Origin: Octopus bimaculoides | Lineage: Eukaryota | NCBI RefSeq assembly: GCF_001194135.2 | Contig: NC_068990.1 | Coordinates: 85,105,810 to 85,141,053 of the forward strand | DNA length: 35,244 nt | Direction of reading: 5' to 3' | Shown here: one piece after another, positions 1 to 12,080 of the stretch | How the letters are laid out: every line of letters starts with the position of its first letter | Position numbering within the stretch: position 1 is the stretch's first letter | The notes under the pieces: model-generated | What the model saw: only the letters and a program-made list of their open reading frames with translations | Database searches by the model: none | Told to the model about the DNA's origin: nothing | Position numbers and translations under genes: made by a program

Positions 1-40
1 ATGGATGGATGGATGGATGGATGGATGGATGGATGGATGG
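1..40. repeat. (ATGG)n microsatellite, cut by the window edge
   Basis: 10 direct ATGG units visible. Confidence 0.95.
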
Positions 41-190
41 ATATGTTATTGGTGTATATTACTGTATAAATAAAGATGGAGAATCACAATTTAAAACAAA
101 ATATTCAATATATTAAATTTGGGTGCAGAAGATATTTATTTACTACGAAACTTGTCTTGTTTTCTTCTGTCGTAAGAACCATCATTTTAA

Positions 191-206
191 TATCTATCTA
201 TCTATA

Positions 207-274
<68 letters not shown>

Positions 275-407
275 AGTCTTAATAACAGAAAGATATCTAT
301 CAGTCTATTTGTCTGTCCGTCTGACTGTATGTCCGTCTACCTGTCTTTCTGTCTTTCTGTCATTGTCTATTTCTCTCATTGTCTCTATCCTCCTCTCTCT
401 TTCTCTT

Positions 408-474
<67 letters not shown>

Positions 475-510
475 TGTCATGTGTGTGTGTGTGTGTGTGT
501 GTGCATGTGT
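191..510. repeat. Compound microsatellite block: (TATC)n ~191-273, (CT)n ~385-470, (GT)n ~481-510
   Basis: Direct reading; accounts for the SIYL, SL and CV low-complexity ORFs. Confidence 0.95.
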
Positions 511-516
511 GTATGT

Positions 517-878
517 TAATGAGGCGCATTCAAAAAGTATCCGACTTTATTTTTCTCTCGCTATAACTAATGCCACGTGTGCAAAAATCCTTTCACTGGA
601 ATGTGTCGCCATTCTACCTGCGCATGCGCCGAAGATTTCACGAAGACCATCATCGCTGTTGATGAGACATGGGTTTATGGCCTCTGCCCGATGCGTTCAG
701 TCATCTTGCACGAAACGAAAATCCAACGAGTGCGCACTGAATATCTACACACTAAGCGTAAACGCCAGGTGCTGATGCGTCTTACTGGCGCGAAAATTTT
801 CACGGATGCGCATGAAGGGTGTTGGCACCTGCTACACAAAGGATTAGATTTGGCGGATACTTTTGATTGCATCTCGTA
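517..878 (+). mobile_element. Internally deleted non-autonomous mariner (MITE-like) with both TIRs
   Basis: Left end TA-ATGAGGCGCATTCAAAAAGTATCCGAC matches the reverse complement of the right end GGCGGATACTTTTGATTGCATCTCG-TA. TA sits at both ends. The internal peptide [15 protein letters not shown] matches the mariner first catalytic Asp motif (IITGDETWVY). Confidence 0.8.
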
Positions 879-1029
879 TGCTGCAAAGCAGAAGCCACCT
901 TTGGGCAAACAAATGTTAGTTCCACTTTCAGATACATTCATAAGTAATCAGTTGGCTACGACTTGCGATTAAAACTCATCAAGCGAAATGTATTAAAGAT
1001 ATGAAACCCAAAGAACGGGAATAAATGAT

Positions 1030-1339
1030 NNNNNNNNNNNNNNNNNNNNNNNNNNNNNNNNNNNNNNNNNNNNNNNNNNNNNNNNNNNNNNNNNNNNNNN
1101 NNNNNNNNNNNNNNNNNNNNNNNNNNNNNNNNNNNNNNNNNNNNNNNNNNNNNNNNNNNNNNNNNNNNNNNNNNNNNNNNNNNNNNNNNNNNNNNNNNNN
1201 NNNNNNNNNNNNNNNNNNNNNNNNNNNNNNNNNNNNNNNNNNNNNNNNNNNNNNNNNNNNNNNNNNNNNNNNNNNNNNNNNNNNNNNNNNNNNNNNNNNN
1301 NNNNNNNNNNNNNNNNNNNNNNNNNNNNNNNNNNNNNNN
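1030..1339. other. Assembly gap (N-run), followed by (GATA)n at 1340-1380
   Basis: N characters. Confidence 1.
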
Positions 1340-1381
<42 letters not shown>

Positions 1382-2079
1382 AACTTACTTGGATAAGAAT
1401 GCGTGACGTTAGATCATATAATAATATAAATAATATATAAATATATGCATATATACATACATATATGTACATACCTGCATATATATGTATATATACATGC
1501 ATATATGTGTGTAAAAAAAACGTAGATACAATGAAAAACGAAACCATAAAAACAAAAACATAGAAAACGAACATTTTTTCGAACTACGAAAAAAAGAAAA
1601 AAAAGAACCGAGACATTCGATATAAAGAACATTCCTTTCATCAGTTGTCCCTGTTTCATCTACTCCGCGTTTCGAAGGCAAGGACAATACGCGACTTCGT
1701 TGAAACAGTCCTTCCCTCAAAGCAAATTAGATAAAAAATTTGGGATTTTTTGCGGAAGGAGAAAGTGGTAACAAAAACAGGACACTGAGATCAAGACAGT
1801 AAAAACAAATGGTGAGGGCTGTTAAGCCAAGACGATGTGAAAAATTATGAACGCTAGAAAGACGAGCTATGAGAAGAGACAGGTAAAAGCACGTCTTGTC
1901 TTTACCAATGGTGAAGTTTACCTCGTGGAATTTTCCGTGGTGGAATTTACCTAGAACCCTAAAAAACATGTATTGAGTACGTTTTCTAATCTTCGTGAAG
2001 GATAAGCACATATGTACACATGCATACATACACACATATACAGACTCAAATAAATACATATATATATATGTTATCATAT

Positions 2080-2080
2080 T

Positions 2081-2120
<40 letters not shown>

Positions 2121-2189
2121 NNNNNNNNNNNNNNNNNNNNNNNNNNNNNNNNNNNNNNNNNNNNNNNNNNNNNNNNNNNNNNNNNNNNN
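2080..2189. repeat. (CA)n running into an assembly gap (2121-2189)
   Basis: Direct reading. Confidence 0.95.
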
Positions 2190-2419
2190 TAAACATGTAA
2201 ACATACATATTTATATCTCTGTGTGCCTCAATGCGTGTGCGTGAGAAAGGTGGTGTTACGCGTGTTGTCACAAGCGTCTCCTTCATAATAAACAACTAAC
2301 ATGGCTGTCATGATATTCTGTATGGAAGAAGAAACGACATATGAAAATATTGGTTCATATATGAAATACAATGGTTGCGTTAAGTTAGTCTCTCTCTCTC
2401 TACAACCTCTCTGCCACCT

Positions 2420-2420
2420 C

Positions 2421-2460
<40 letters not shown>

Positions 2461-2461
2461 G

Positions 2462-2494
<33 letters not shown>

Positions 2495-2656
2495 AAACTA
2501 TCTAGCTCCCTCTATTTTGCTGTGTATATCTCTATTGGCCTGTTTCTCTCTGTCTCTGTTACTGTTTCCTTACATTTATCTCTGCATGTTCCTCATTCTC
2601 TCTGTATGTCTTTCTACTCGCTGTCTGTCTGTCTCCCCACTTCGCACGTGCACAAA

Positions 2657-2715
<59 letters not shown>
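2420..2715. repeat. (TATC)n ~2420-2495 and (CT)n ~2663-2715 microsatellites
   Basis: Direct reading. Confidence 0.95.
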
Positions 2716-2719
<4 letters not shown>

Positions 2720-3239
2720 TTTATAGTGTATATACGTGTATTTCTATATCTCTATCTCTTTCTCCCCCCTTGCTCTTTCTCTTCCCATCTCTCTCTCTCA
2801 CACACACACTTCTACAGCTGACACTGAAGAGCCTAACAATATCGCTGCTTGTTTATTAAAACACCATTCATTGTGTACTCTTGAGTTTAACCTTTTCCCA
2901 GCCAACATCGGGCGAGATGGGCGAGGGCGAGGTGCGTGGTGTCGAAGGTAACCTACATCTTACATCACTTGTGGGAAAGTTAAAGGGGGTAAATACGATG
3001 ATGTGGTAACAGTATATGAACTGGTGGTGGTGGTGGTGGTGGCAGCGGTGGTAGAGATAGTGTATGTGTAATGATGGTTTCGAATGTGATGTAGATGTAG
3101 ATGAATGCATTGTTGCTGTTGCTGTTTTTGTTATTTTGCTCCACGTCAATCATTTGATGAAAGCCCTCCCAGTTTGAATCATCACCCTATCTTTACGAAC
3201 ACACTATCCAATCTATACCTCCATGTTTTTTTCATTTTT

Positions 3240-3425
3240 GAAGATGGTAGAGTGTGATTTTGAAGAGATTTGGCTGCTGTTTCTAACGAACGAATGGTTG
3301 TTTATTGCTTTCGCTGTTTATCCTCAGGTCGGCCAAGTCTCAGCAAATCTACGATGAAATGCATTCCAGGCATGACGTCATATCTTTTTAGCAGTATGTT
3401 GGATGACATTATCTAGAATGTTATC
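3240..3425 (-). mobile_element. Degenerate interspersed repeat, family D
   Basis: GAAGATGGTAGAGTGTGATTTTGAAGAGATTTGGCTGCTGTTTCTA followed by GTTTATCCTCAGGTCGGCC. The same two blocks in the same order recur at ~22251-22400, and opposite-strand pieces occur at ~16615 and ~27715. Confidence 0.55.
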
Positions 3426-3529
3426 ATGACCTACTACGTATTGTTGCTGTCGTAGTTGTTGTTATCGCCGCCATTACCGATACTACTAATTAACTATACA
3501 GTGATTTACTGCAAGATTTGTGATTTATG

Positions 3530-4260
3530 TCGGATACAGTTCTTTTGCATTAGTTTGCTTGTTGCTGAATTTTCGACTGCAACAGGTTTAGTTTATCGAT
3601 TTTGAAGTTGTGTCTGGTTTTCATGAGATTGGCTATTTCTTGTGTGTAATCGAAATTGTATTATATATTCTGCCTTGTAGGAGACACTATTAGATGTGTT
3701 TATAATTCTTTTGATCGATGTGTAATTCAGTATTCGTGAATTCTGAAATCTAGGTTCTGTTTCTTGAGGAAACGTATTCCATTATACATTTGTACAATTT
3801 TTATAAAAATGTCGTTGCTTCTTTCATTGATGTGTTCTGTAATGATAGGTAAATCTTTGTGAAAACTTTGGCAAATACTTGCCGGAGAGTTGTTATATCT
3901 GTATGTAGAGAACAGAATGCTATGTCTAGTAGGAGATTTGTAATTGGTTTGGTGAATTATGTGAGTGTATACGTGTGTGCATCAGCATTTACGCATGTGA
4001 ATATTACTTTGAATGTGAAGGGAGTTCAGATATGATATTATTGTATTGCCTCTTTTGTTATGTTTACTATTTGAAAATTAGTTGTCGAGTGTATTGAAGT
4101 CTCCTCCAATGATGGTAAGAAAGCCGAGACATGCAACCTTGTGGGACACTTGGTATAGGTATATGTATATTTTCATGAGAAAAGGTGAAAGATTGTTGTC
4201 TTAGAGTAGATTGTAATTATTATATCTATTATACGTGTTAAGACGGAGAAATAACGTTAT
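3530..4260 (-). pseudogene. Decayed non-LTR retrotransposon ORF2 N-terminus (APE-type endonuclease plus linker)
   Basis: Reverse complement of 4090-4116 reads TIIGGDFNT (APE GDFN motif). Downstream are LLDIAFCS, WNTF and EIANLMKTRHNFKIDKLNLLQSKI, typical of the I/Jockey-type endonuclease-RT linker. Many stops and frameshifts. Confidence 0.6.
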
Positions 4261-4349
4261 AGATAACGTGAGCAATTTGAAGCATACCACCCGTTTTTTT
4301 TGGTGCGTTTTTGCTGTGAAGTCGGCGATTTGAAATTGTGAGGAGACGC

Positions 4350-4520
4350 GTGGTGTCAGGTGGCAACGTAAAGAAACGTCTAATCCTGAAAAACTCCCTT
4401 CAAGTAGGAATATATTTAAACGCCAAGCTGGAGAAGCTTGGTACTTGTAAACACGTCAACAAGTTCATATTACGTAACTGGACATAACCGCTCTCAACGA
4501 AACGAAACATCGTATTGATT
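4350..4520 (+). mobile_element. Possible RTE-clade LINE 5' region / ORF start remnant
   Basis: KLGTC..V resembles the RTE start KLGTWNVR, and DITALNETK resembles DIAALSETR; heavily decayed. Confidence 0.35.
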
Positions 4521-6091
4521 CACGTGTGAGCCGGGTGTGTATTGATGAAGATTTTTTGAGGCACTTGATTTATTTCCCTTTCTTAATCCCTATTATCTTA
4601 TTACTTTTTTTTTTTTAATATATTATCCAGCTGAACGATATGCTTGGATGCATTTACAATTCACTACATCTTAAAAGTTCATTCTCAAGAGACTTAACCA
4701 CTTTCGTTTATTGACATGTTATCTGCCTTTAATTAGAAATTACGAAATTAAGAAAGGGGGGAAAACGGAGGTGAGAGAAACTCCTTGTATTTGAAACAAT
4801 TTTACCCATAATATTAAGTTACTCTGTACTTAAAGACTAAAAGCGTTTTAGAATTCTTAAAACTTTTAGTTGCAACATATTGACAGCGGGCTTAAGATTA
4901 TTCAAATACAAACACACACACATAGACAACATATATTTACACACGCATGCGTGTGTGTGTGTTTGTCCAAAGTGGATTTCTTAAATTACATAACAGCATG
5001 CTTGAGTGTTTACAAACTTAATAGTAATAGCCCAAAGTATTATGGTTTGTTGTGAGAAAAAACTTATGTAATTCAGTATTCAAACCTTATTAATATGTAA
5101 ACAACTACATTGTCTAGATTTCGCTAATGTTTTCTTAGAATACGATATAAATAATGAAGTAATATAAGTTTATTTTAAGAATGTATGTATGAAAATATTA
5201 TATATATACATACACACACACATATACATATATATGTGCATACATGCGTACATGTGTGTGTGTGTGTGTGTGTGTGAATATGCATATTCTCTTTTTGAAA
5301 TTTTCAATCTTTAATTCTTCATCATTTCAATTTTTGAGGCCAACACCTGAGGGAATTCACTGTTCTTTACTCGTCATTTTATACGCCAAGAACTGATAAT
5401 ATATATATATATATATATATAGCCGTATATTTAACTATAAATATTTAAACAAAACTGATAGTTCATGTTTCGTTTCAACTCGGATAGACAGATAGATGGC
5501 TCAACACACAGGTTTACAGACATTTAGAGTAATTTAGAATAAGCACAATCTATCTTTTCTCTGTTAAAGTTTTCCAGGAAGATAATATGTAAACTTTACG
5601 AGATATTACGAGATTTATGGTAAGGATTTCATTCCGTTATTGTGTGTATGCGTGCGTGTGCGTGCGTATGTGTCCAAAAGAGATCAGGCTCATCCCATCC
5701 GTATATTTTCGGTGTTCTCTCCTTGTGACTATCAAAGGTGGTTCACACACTCGCAGACAACGTGGAGCGTTTTAAGAACCTCACTTGTTCTTCAGCTGGT
5801 TTCTTCATCAAGAAATAGATTTGAGGAAATGCCTTTTTTCTCTCCGCTTGATACAATAATTTTACAAAAACAGAAAAGACAACAAAAACATAATATTTCT
5901 TTTTCTGTAATTATTTTTGATATTCAGTTTAATTTTAACATCAGAGCTGAATGTCTCTACATTTGCAGGCAGCTACTTTGACTTTTCGTTTCGGCTTCGG
6001 TGCAAAGTGTCTCAGAGAATATAATAGCTACTTTAATTATATAATATTCGACAAGAATTCATAAAATAAACAAAAATTCATAATAACAAAC

Positions 6092-6638
6092 AGGAGTGGC
6101 TGTGTGGTAAGTAGCTTGCTTACCAACTACATGGTTCTGGGTTCAGTCTCACTGCGTGGCACTTTGGGCAAGTGTTTTCTACTATAGCCTCGGGCCGACC
6201 AAAGCCTTGTGAGTGGATTTGGTAGACGGAAACTGAAAGAAAGAAGCTCGTCGTATATATATATATATATATNNNNNNNNNNNNNNNNNNNNNNNNNNNN
6301 NNNNNNNNNNNNNNNNNNNNNNNNNNNNNNNNNNNNNNNNNNNNNNNNNNNNNNNNNNNNNNNNNNNNNNNNNNNNNNNNNNNNNNNNNNNNNNNNNNNN
6401 NNNNNNNNNNNNNNNNNNNNNNNNNNNNNNNNNNNNNNNNNNNNNNNNNNNNTATGTATGTATGTATGTATGTATGTGTCTGTGTTTGTCTTCCTACCAT
6501 CGCTTGACAATCGATGTTGGTGTGTTTACGTTCCCGTAACTTAGCAGTGCGGCAAAACAAATCCGTGGTTTACAAAAATAAGTCCTGGGTTCGATTTGTT
6601 CGATTAAAGGCGGTGCTCCAGCATGACCGCAGTAAAAA
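6092..6638 (+). mobile_element. SINE family A, near full length, with internal (TA)n/(TATG)n microsatellite and an assembly gap (6273-6452)
   Basis: tRNA-like head with A-box TGGCTGTGTGGT and B-box GGTTCAGTCTC; body GGTAGACGGAAACTGAAAGAA; tail TAAGTCCTGGGTTCGATTTGTTCGATTAAAGGCGGTGCTCCAGCATG. Homologous pieces at 10891, 11063, 15109, 25934 and 32290. Confidence 0.9.
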
Positions 6639-6688
6639 ATATTTGATTATATAAATATAATAGGCTTTTTTAAAAACATCGAATGGCA

Positions 6689-6737
6689 ATGGGGATCCAC
6701 TTGAATATAATAGGTCAAAAATGGTTGAGAACCACTG
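6689..6737 (-). mobile_element. One terminus of a hAT (Buster/Charlie-like) DNA transposon
   Basis: GGTTGAGAACCACTG is the reverse complement of the TIR CAGTGGTTCTCAACC. The adjacent 8-mer GTTTAGAG fits the Buster nnnTAnnn target signature. The other end was not found. Confidence 0.6.
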
Positions 6738-7251
6738 GTTTAGAGAAAGCATAAGACATACCTTCTCCCTAATGTTTCCCAGGTGTACAACAGACGGCAA
6801 TATCGGGAAGAGTGTAGGGGACAAAGGACAAAACAAAATACTAGGACTCACTGAAATTGATAAGGTGTGAATGGAAGAAAACTCCATCAGCACGTGGTGC
6901 GATGGTGTGGTCTGATAGGAAAACACGGACCGAAGAGATGAGAGACGCAAAAGGATGTCATAAGCAGACATTTGACAAAAGATTTGCATGCCAGACACGG
7001 TCGGTTGCTAGCAAGGTCAGAGAGCTTGCCCATCTTGGGAATGAGATACCCTGTCGCGTGTTTCGAAAGATCCGTTATATATCGCTGAGGGGAGAGAAAA
7101 AAAAGGAAGAAGAAAAAAATGAAAGAAGGAAAGAAAGAAAGGAAGAAAGAGAATTTGATGTAGGAAGTTTAGTTGTAAGGTGCAATTTTTTTGGTTTATG
7201 GAAGCAATATCATTAATGCCAGTGTACTATCTATCTATCTATCTATCTATG

Positions 7252-7541
7252 ACAATATTGACCAAGGTTACCGTGGTCTTTTCCGTAGGCTTTTCTTTCC
7301 ACGGCTAAACCTAAACTGCCCTCCCCTTTTTACACGAGAACATTACTGTGATACACAATCCCTATTGATCCTTTTCTTTTCTCGATCCCTTTTGATCGAA
7401 CTCCCCCCTTTTTCCTTCCTACGATCCCTTTTGATCGACACCCCCCTACTTGCTTTTTTCCCCTTCCCCCTCCCAAAAAGAAAAGCTCTACATCGTATTT
7501 GTCCCATCTTTGTTGAGCCCTGTGTGGCTAATAAAAGAAAT
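7252..7541 (+). mobile_element. 5'-truncated retroelement 3' end flanked on both sides by (TATC)n
   Basis: Ends TTGTCCCATCTTTGTTGAGCCCTGTGTGGCTAATAAAAGAAAT, similar to SINE B tail type 1 (TTGTCCCCTCT..TTTAGCCCCTTGTGGGCAATAAAGAAAT). Contains two CGATCCCTTTTGATCGA hairpins. (TATC)n lies at ~7228-7250 and ~7543-7590. Confidence 0.55.
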
Positions 7542-7542
7542 G

Positions 7543-7592
<50 letters not shown>

Positions 7593-8209
7593 AAGATATC
7601 TATCTACACACGTGTATGTGTGGGGTGTAAGTATGGGTGTATATTTATATATCTATACATACATACATACACATTTTACATTTATACGTTTCATATGTAA
7701 ACATTATAAACTTAGATTTGTTTTCTAGCTGACGGCCGATTACATCCATCGGTTTTCATTGGGTCATTTATAGGGACTGTTTATCTTTTATTTCTATGAC
7801 ATGAGTTAGCAGTTTGAGAAATTTGCCGTCAAAACAATGTATTCAGTTTCAAAATTGTTAAATGTAACATTCACTTTTATATATTTTTATCCCATTTTTG
7901 TGTTTATTTAAAAATAAGTGATATTTCTCACACACACTTCCAGTGAATGTTGTCGCCTGGGTGACGTTGGTGATACGTTCGCTTTTTGTTTCTTTCGATT
8001 TTGCGTGGGAAAACATATAAACAAGGATTTTTATAAAATAAACAAAGGAGAAAAGATACGGGTAATAACACAAATTTAAACAGTAGAGTTCAGGCAAAAC
8101 GAATAATTTGCGTCGGTGGCTCAACAATATCTCACTAATCAATTCAATAAAATTTGGAATATACACAGAATATTTGTTCATTTCCAGAGAAATGGAGACC
8201 ATTTGTAAC

Positions 8210-8246
8210 GTTTCACACACACACATACATACACACACACGCACAC

Positions 8247-8287
<41 letters not shown>

Positions 8288-8437
8288 CTCTCTCTCGTTT
8301 TCTCTTTCTCTCTCTCCCTCTCACACGCACATGGGTTTAAATTTATGGGCATGTATGTGTATGTATGTATATATATGTATACATGCACGCATACATATAT
8401 ACATATACATACATTTACATATGCTTACAAACATGCA

Positions 8438-8480
<43 letters not shown>
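8210..8480. repeat. (CA)n, (CT)n and (TATC)n microsatellites
   Basis: Direct reading. Confidence 0.9.
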
Positions 8481-8812
8481 TAAACAATATTTGTTTTGTA
8501 TCAATTTTTAGGAATATTTTGGGATTTATTTTACTTAGAAACGATACCTGCATTATCCCTAATGCTTCTTGCGTAGGATGTGGGCTGTTCGTAGCAGGGC
8601 TACTTTTTGGATAATGTGAAGTTTTAAGGAGCCAGGTATAGCTTCTACGTTTTTGATCATTTTTTTGCCCAATGCTCCAATTATTATTAGTATTGTTTTT
8701 CCCCTTCATGCCCCACATCTTGAATACGCTTTTGTACTTGGACAATTTTTCCATTTCTTTTGACAATATTTTGATCAGAAGGGACTGCAATGTCTATCGG
8801 TAAGCAGGTGTT
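8481..8812 (-). pseudogene. R4/Dong-clade non-LTR retrotransposon C-terminus (REL endonuclease) plus 3' UTR, copy 1
   Basis: Frameshifted peptides CLPIDIAVPSDQNI and EMEKLSKYK..KMWGMK, then IGALG-like and terminal LRKAL-like segments. The 3' end runs into (GATA)n on the minus strand. Confidence 0.75.
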
Positions 8813-8816
8813 ATTC

Positions 8817-9042
8817 GGCGAGCTGGCAGAATCGTTAGCACGCCGGGCGAAATGCTTAGTGGTATTTCGTCTGCCGCTACGTTCTGAGTTCAAATTCCGC
8901 CAAGGTCGACTTTGCCTTTCATCCTTTCGGGGTCGATAAATTAAGTACCAGTTGTGTACTGGGGTCGATCTTATCGACTGGCCCCTTCCCCCAAAATGTC
9001 AGGCCTTGTGCCTATAATAGAAAGATCATTATTATTATTATT
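8817..9042 (+). mobile_element. SINE family B, full length, tail type 2 ending in (ATT)n
   Basis: A-box TGGCAGAATCG; B-box GAGTTCAAATTCC; core GCCTTTCATCCTTTCGGGGTCGATAAATTAAGTACCAG; tail TCAGGCCTTGTGCCTATAATAGAAAG(ATT)n. Confidence 0.93.
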
Positions 9043-9726
9043 TTAGCACGCCAAGAAAGTTACCTTAAGAAGTCTTGAAGTTTCAATGGGATTGAGTCCA
9101 ACGCTCCGATTACCACTGGTATCACTTTTACACTACCCTCTCGCATTCCATACAGTTTTTCCATTTCCACTTTCAATTCAGAGTACTTGGTGATTTTTTC
9201 AACCTCTTTACTCACAACATTCATGTCATTTAGTATGGCTACATCAATGATCTGACAGTATGTGTCTCTCTTATTCAATATGACAATATCCGGCTGATGG
9301 TGTTCGATTACACGATCCATCTGAAAATCATAGTCCCAGACTATCGTTACTTTTCCATCCTCCTGCATAACTTTACTTGGTACATGCTCATACCAGTTCT
9401 CCGTTACTTCATATTGGTATTCACGGCATAAGAGCCAATGAAGACGTACACACAAACTTTATCATTGCGACACTTGTATTCTTTTTGTGCAAGGCTCCCA
9501 CATCCACTTACCAAGTGGGTCACATTTTCCACACTCTTTCCACAGAGTCTGCATTTCTGGGTGTCAGAAGTTTTATAGACGTCATACTTCACTGAATTGG
9601 TAGCGAGAGCCTGGTCTTGTGCAGCAATGACCATGGTTTCGGAGGAACGCTTCAAATCACTTCGCTCCATCCATGCCCATGATGCTGTATTATCCTTAAC
9701 GTCCTGCGTATTCCTTTCAAACTGTC
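9043..9726 (-). pseudogene. R4/Dong-clade non-LTR retrotransposon fragment, copy 2 (CCHC zinc knuckle plus PD..D REL endonuclease)
   Basis: ORF 9404-9670 reads DLKRSSETMVIAAQDQALAT...CRLCGKSVENVTHLVSGC. ORF 9060-9455 reads VTIVWDY...QPDIVILNK...IIDVAI...EKITKYSEL...VIPVVIGALD. One frameshift lies between them; both ends are truncated. Confidence 0.9.
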
Positions 9727-9727
9727 C

Positions 9728-9790
<63 letters not shown>

Positions 9791-9820
9791 CTATTTATCT
9801 ATCTATCTATCTATCTATCA
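9727..9820. repeat. (ATT)n followed by (TATC)n
   Basis: Direct reading. Confidence 0.95.
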
Positions 9821-10890
9821 TATACAAATTATTGTTTCAGATCTCACTGTATACAGTGCAGATAGCGAATTTCTTTTTTATTTTCTCTATTTCTCCATAT
9901 TTGTTCGTTAATATTATCAACAGATTGGTCATGTGGGAAAAAAAATGACACTAAAGGAATCTATTTCTTGCCCATTGACCCAAATGACCATTTTCAAGTA
10001 TAAGTTGTGTAATGAGATTTGTAGTCTGTGTACGGTCATTCTTGTATAATCCTTCTTACGTCCATTTCTTAATTAATACAATTGAAGTTATTAATTACTG
10101 GGGAAACTATTACAAATTAAGTTTATTAATTGCACCTTCAATAAAATTAATACCGATGCCGCAGTTGGGATCTCCTCAGCTTTTAGCAGTTGGAGTTGTA
10201 CTTCAGGCAGATAATTTGGTGCTGGTTATTAATTACTTCTGGGATTTTGATTGATTTTACTTTTAATTAAAAATACATACCAGTATATTACCGATGCTTA
10301 TTTTTATCGATACAATAGAAAAGAAAAAAAAGGCAAACAGACGAAAGGGTGTAATTAAGTACTGCACAGAAATTAGCCCGACATTCTACAGTTTTTAGGA
10401 ATTCACCACACGCTGTTTCTTCCTAACTAATAACTGACGTCATATTTCCTACATATTAAGTGATTCATTTGGTATAACAACAAATGTACAGTGAATCTAG
10501 TAAACGGGTATATAAAGACACTGCATATATTATTTACATGATGTCATGTATGTACGGATGTTTTTCCTAGAGATTTATTTTTTCATTGGCAAAATTCAAA
10601 TCGGTATTTACAAAGTAACAAGTCTTTTTTCTTAGAGTCAAAACAGTTCCTAGAATTTAGTGCGTTCTTCTATGTAGATACGGATGTGGATAGATTTATA
10701 TTTATGCAATGGTGCACGTGTCACTTAAATACTTAGCCGTGTGTGTGTTTCTGTATTGTTTATGTGTGTGTGTGTGTATACCATCTAGACATGTGATTGA
10801 ATCATGTTCATTGGAGGGAACGCAAATGCAGGATTCCTTGAACAGCTTACAATTTTCCAGCGCAGCACTAATCAGTTGTACTTGGAGATG

Positions 10891-10992
10891 TACAAAGAAT
10901 AAGTCCTGAGGTCGATTTGCTCGACTAAAGGCGGTGCTCCAGCATGGCCACAGTCAAACGACTGAAACAAGTAAAAGAGTAAAAGTAAAAGA
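10891..10992 (+). mobile_element. SINE family A, 3' tail fragment
   Basis: TACAAAGAATAAGTCCTGAGGTCGATTTGCTCGACTAAAGGCGGTGCTCCAGCATGGCCACAGTCAAACGACTGAAACAAGTAAAAGAG. Confidence 0.85.
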
Positions 10993-11062
10993 GTACACAT
11001 ACACACACACACACACACACGCACATACGCACACTCACACACATACACTACACACATATACA

Positions 11063-11193
11063 TCAGGCTTCTTTCAGTTTCCGTCCACCAAATTTATTCA
11101 AAAAGCTCCAGAAGACTGTTGTCCAAGGTGCCACGCAGTGGGACTGAACCAAGAACCATTTGGCTGGGAAGCAAGCTTCTTGCCACACAGCCA
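11063..11193 (-). mobile_element. SINE family A, head fragment (internally deleted)
   Basis: Reverse complement of the 6092 head: CTTTCAGTTTCCGT..CCAAGGTGCCACGCAGTGGGACTGAAC..CCACACAGCCA. Confidence 0.85.
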
Positions 11194-12080
11194 ATGCATA
11201 TAATATATAAATATATATTTGCGTATAATTAGTGCATATGTGTCTGTGTATGTATTCGTATAATCAAGTGTGTGTGTGTGTGTGTGTGTGTACATATGAC
11301 ATGTTTTAAAATGGTATAAAAATCTTTTGTAAGTGCGAGAGAAACAGCTGGCTATTAAACCCATTTAATGACTTTCTCGTCATTATATTTTCTTAAGAAC
11401 AGTCTGCTCTCAGACATCGTAACTGGGGCATCAGGCAAGAAAATTGTGAAGATGATGGTAAAACTGTCGCAGAGGAATGATGTGGTAGTGTCATGATGGC
11501 GGTAGTTGTTGTGGGAGAGAAGAATGCCATTAATAAATTATCGTATTTAATCGTATGTAATTATTACGTTTTCGCAGATATTTAAACTTTGTACTTGTCG
11601 CATTATACTCGGAGACTAAATGTTACCCTTCGTTTCCCAGTGAAGTGCGTCGCTATATTTAGGATGGCATGATCAGACGTAAGCTAGTTATATCTATTGT
11701 CCAAACTAACTGATGTGTAACGAAGGCTCCTAACATCATTATGATAATGTTTACATTTTGCTATGACTGTGATAACACATTTAATAATCGGGAAGATGGC
11801 AAACGCACTTCTCGTGGGATTAATGCCGTTAGCATTGAGTATGGAAGACCAAAATGTAGAATTTCTATTAACGAAAGTACTTCTTGAAATATGTAATTTG
11901 AAGATCGATTTATTAAATATCAGTTAGCATAATGCGTAAAGACTATCATTATCGCCATGTGAATAGAAAGAGAAACACACACATTTCGTTTTTGTATCCA
12001 GTTTCCAAGATTCTTTATGTGAATTCGTGTGTTCAAACAAATTTTGTTGTGTCTAGGGAGAGTCATCATGCCAATATAAT

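Noticed and set aside
76-566. Several overlapping ORFs (SIYL, SL, CV, ER runs)
   Set aside because: Translations of (TATC)n, (CT)n and (GT)n microsatellites; the same applies to similar ORFs at 2301-2821, 7858-8614 and 24802-25160
6750-7030. Possible RTE ORF2 C-terminus (TWCDGV..TEEM); a similar purine-rich stretch lies at 20330-20460
   Set aside because: Similarity too decayed to support without alignment
11641-11678. Strong acceptor/donor pair (TTTCCCAG..GAC|GTAAGC)
   Set aside because: Stops in all three frames; could only be non-coding, and there is no supporting evidence
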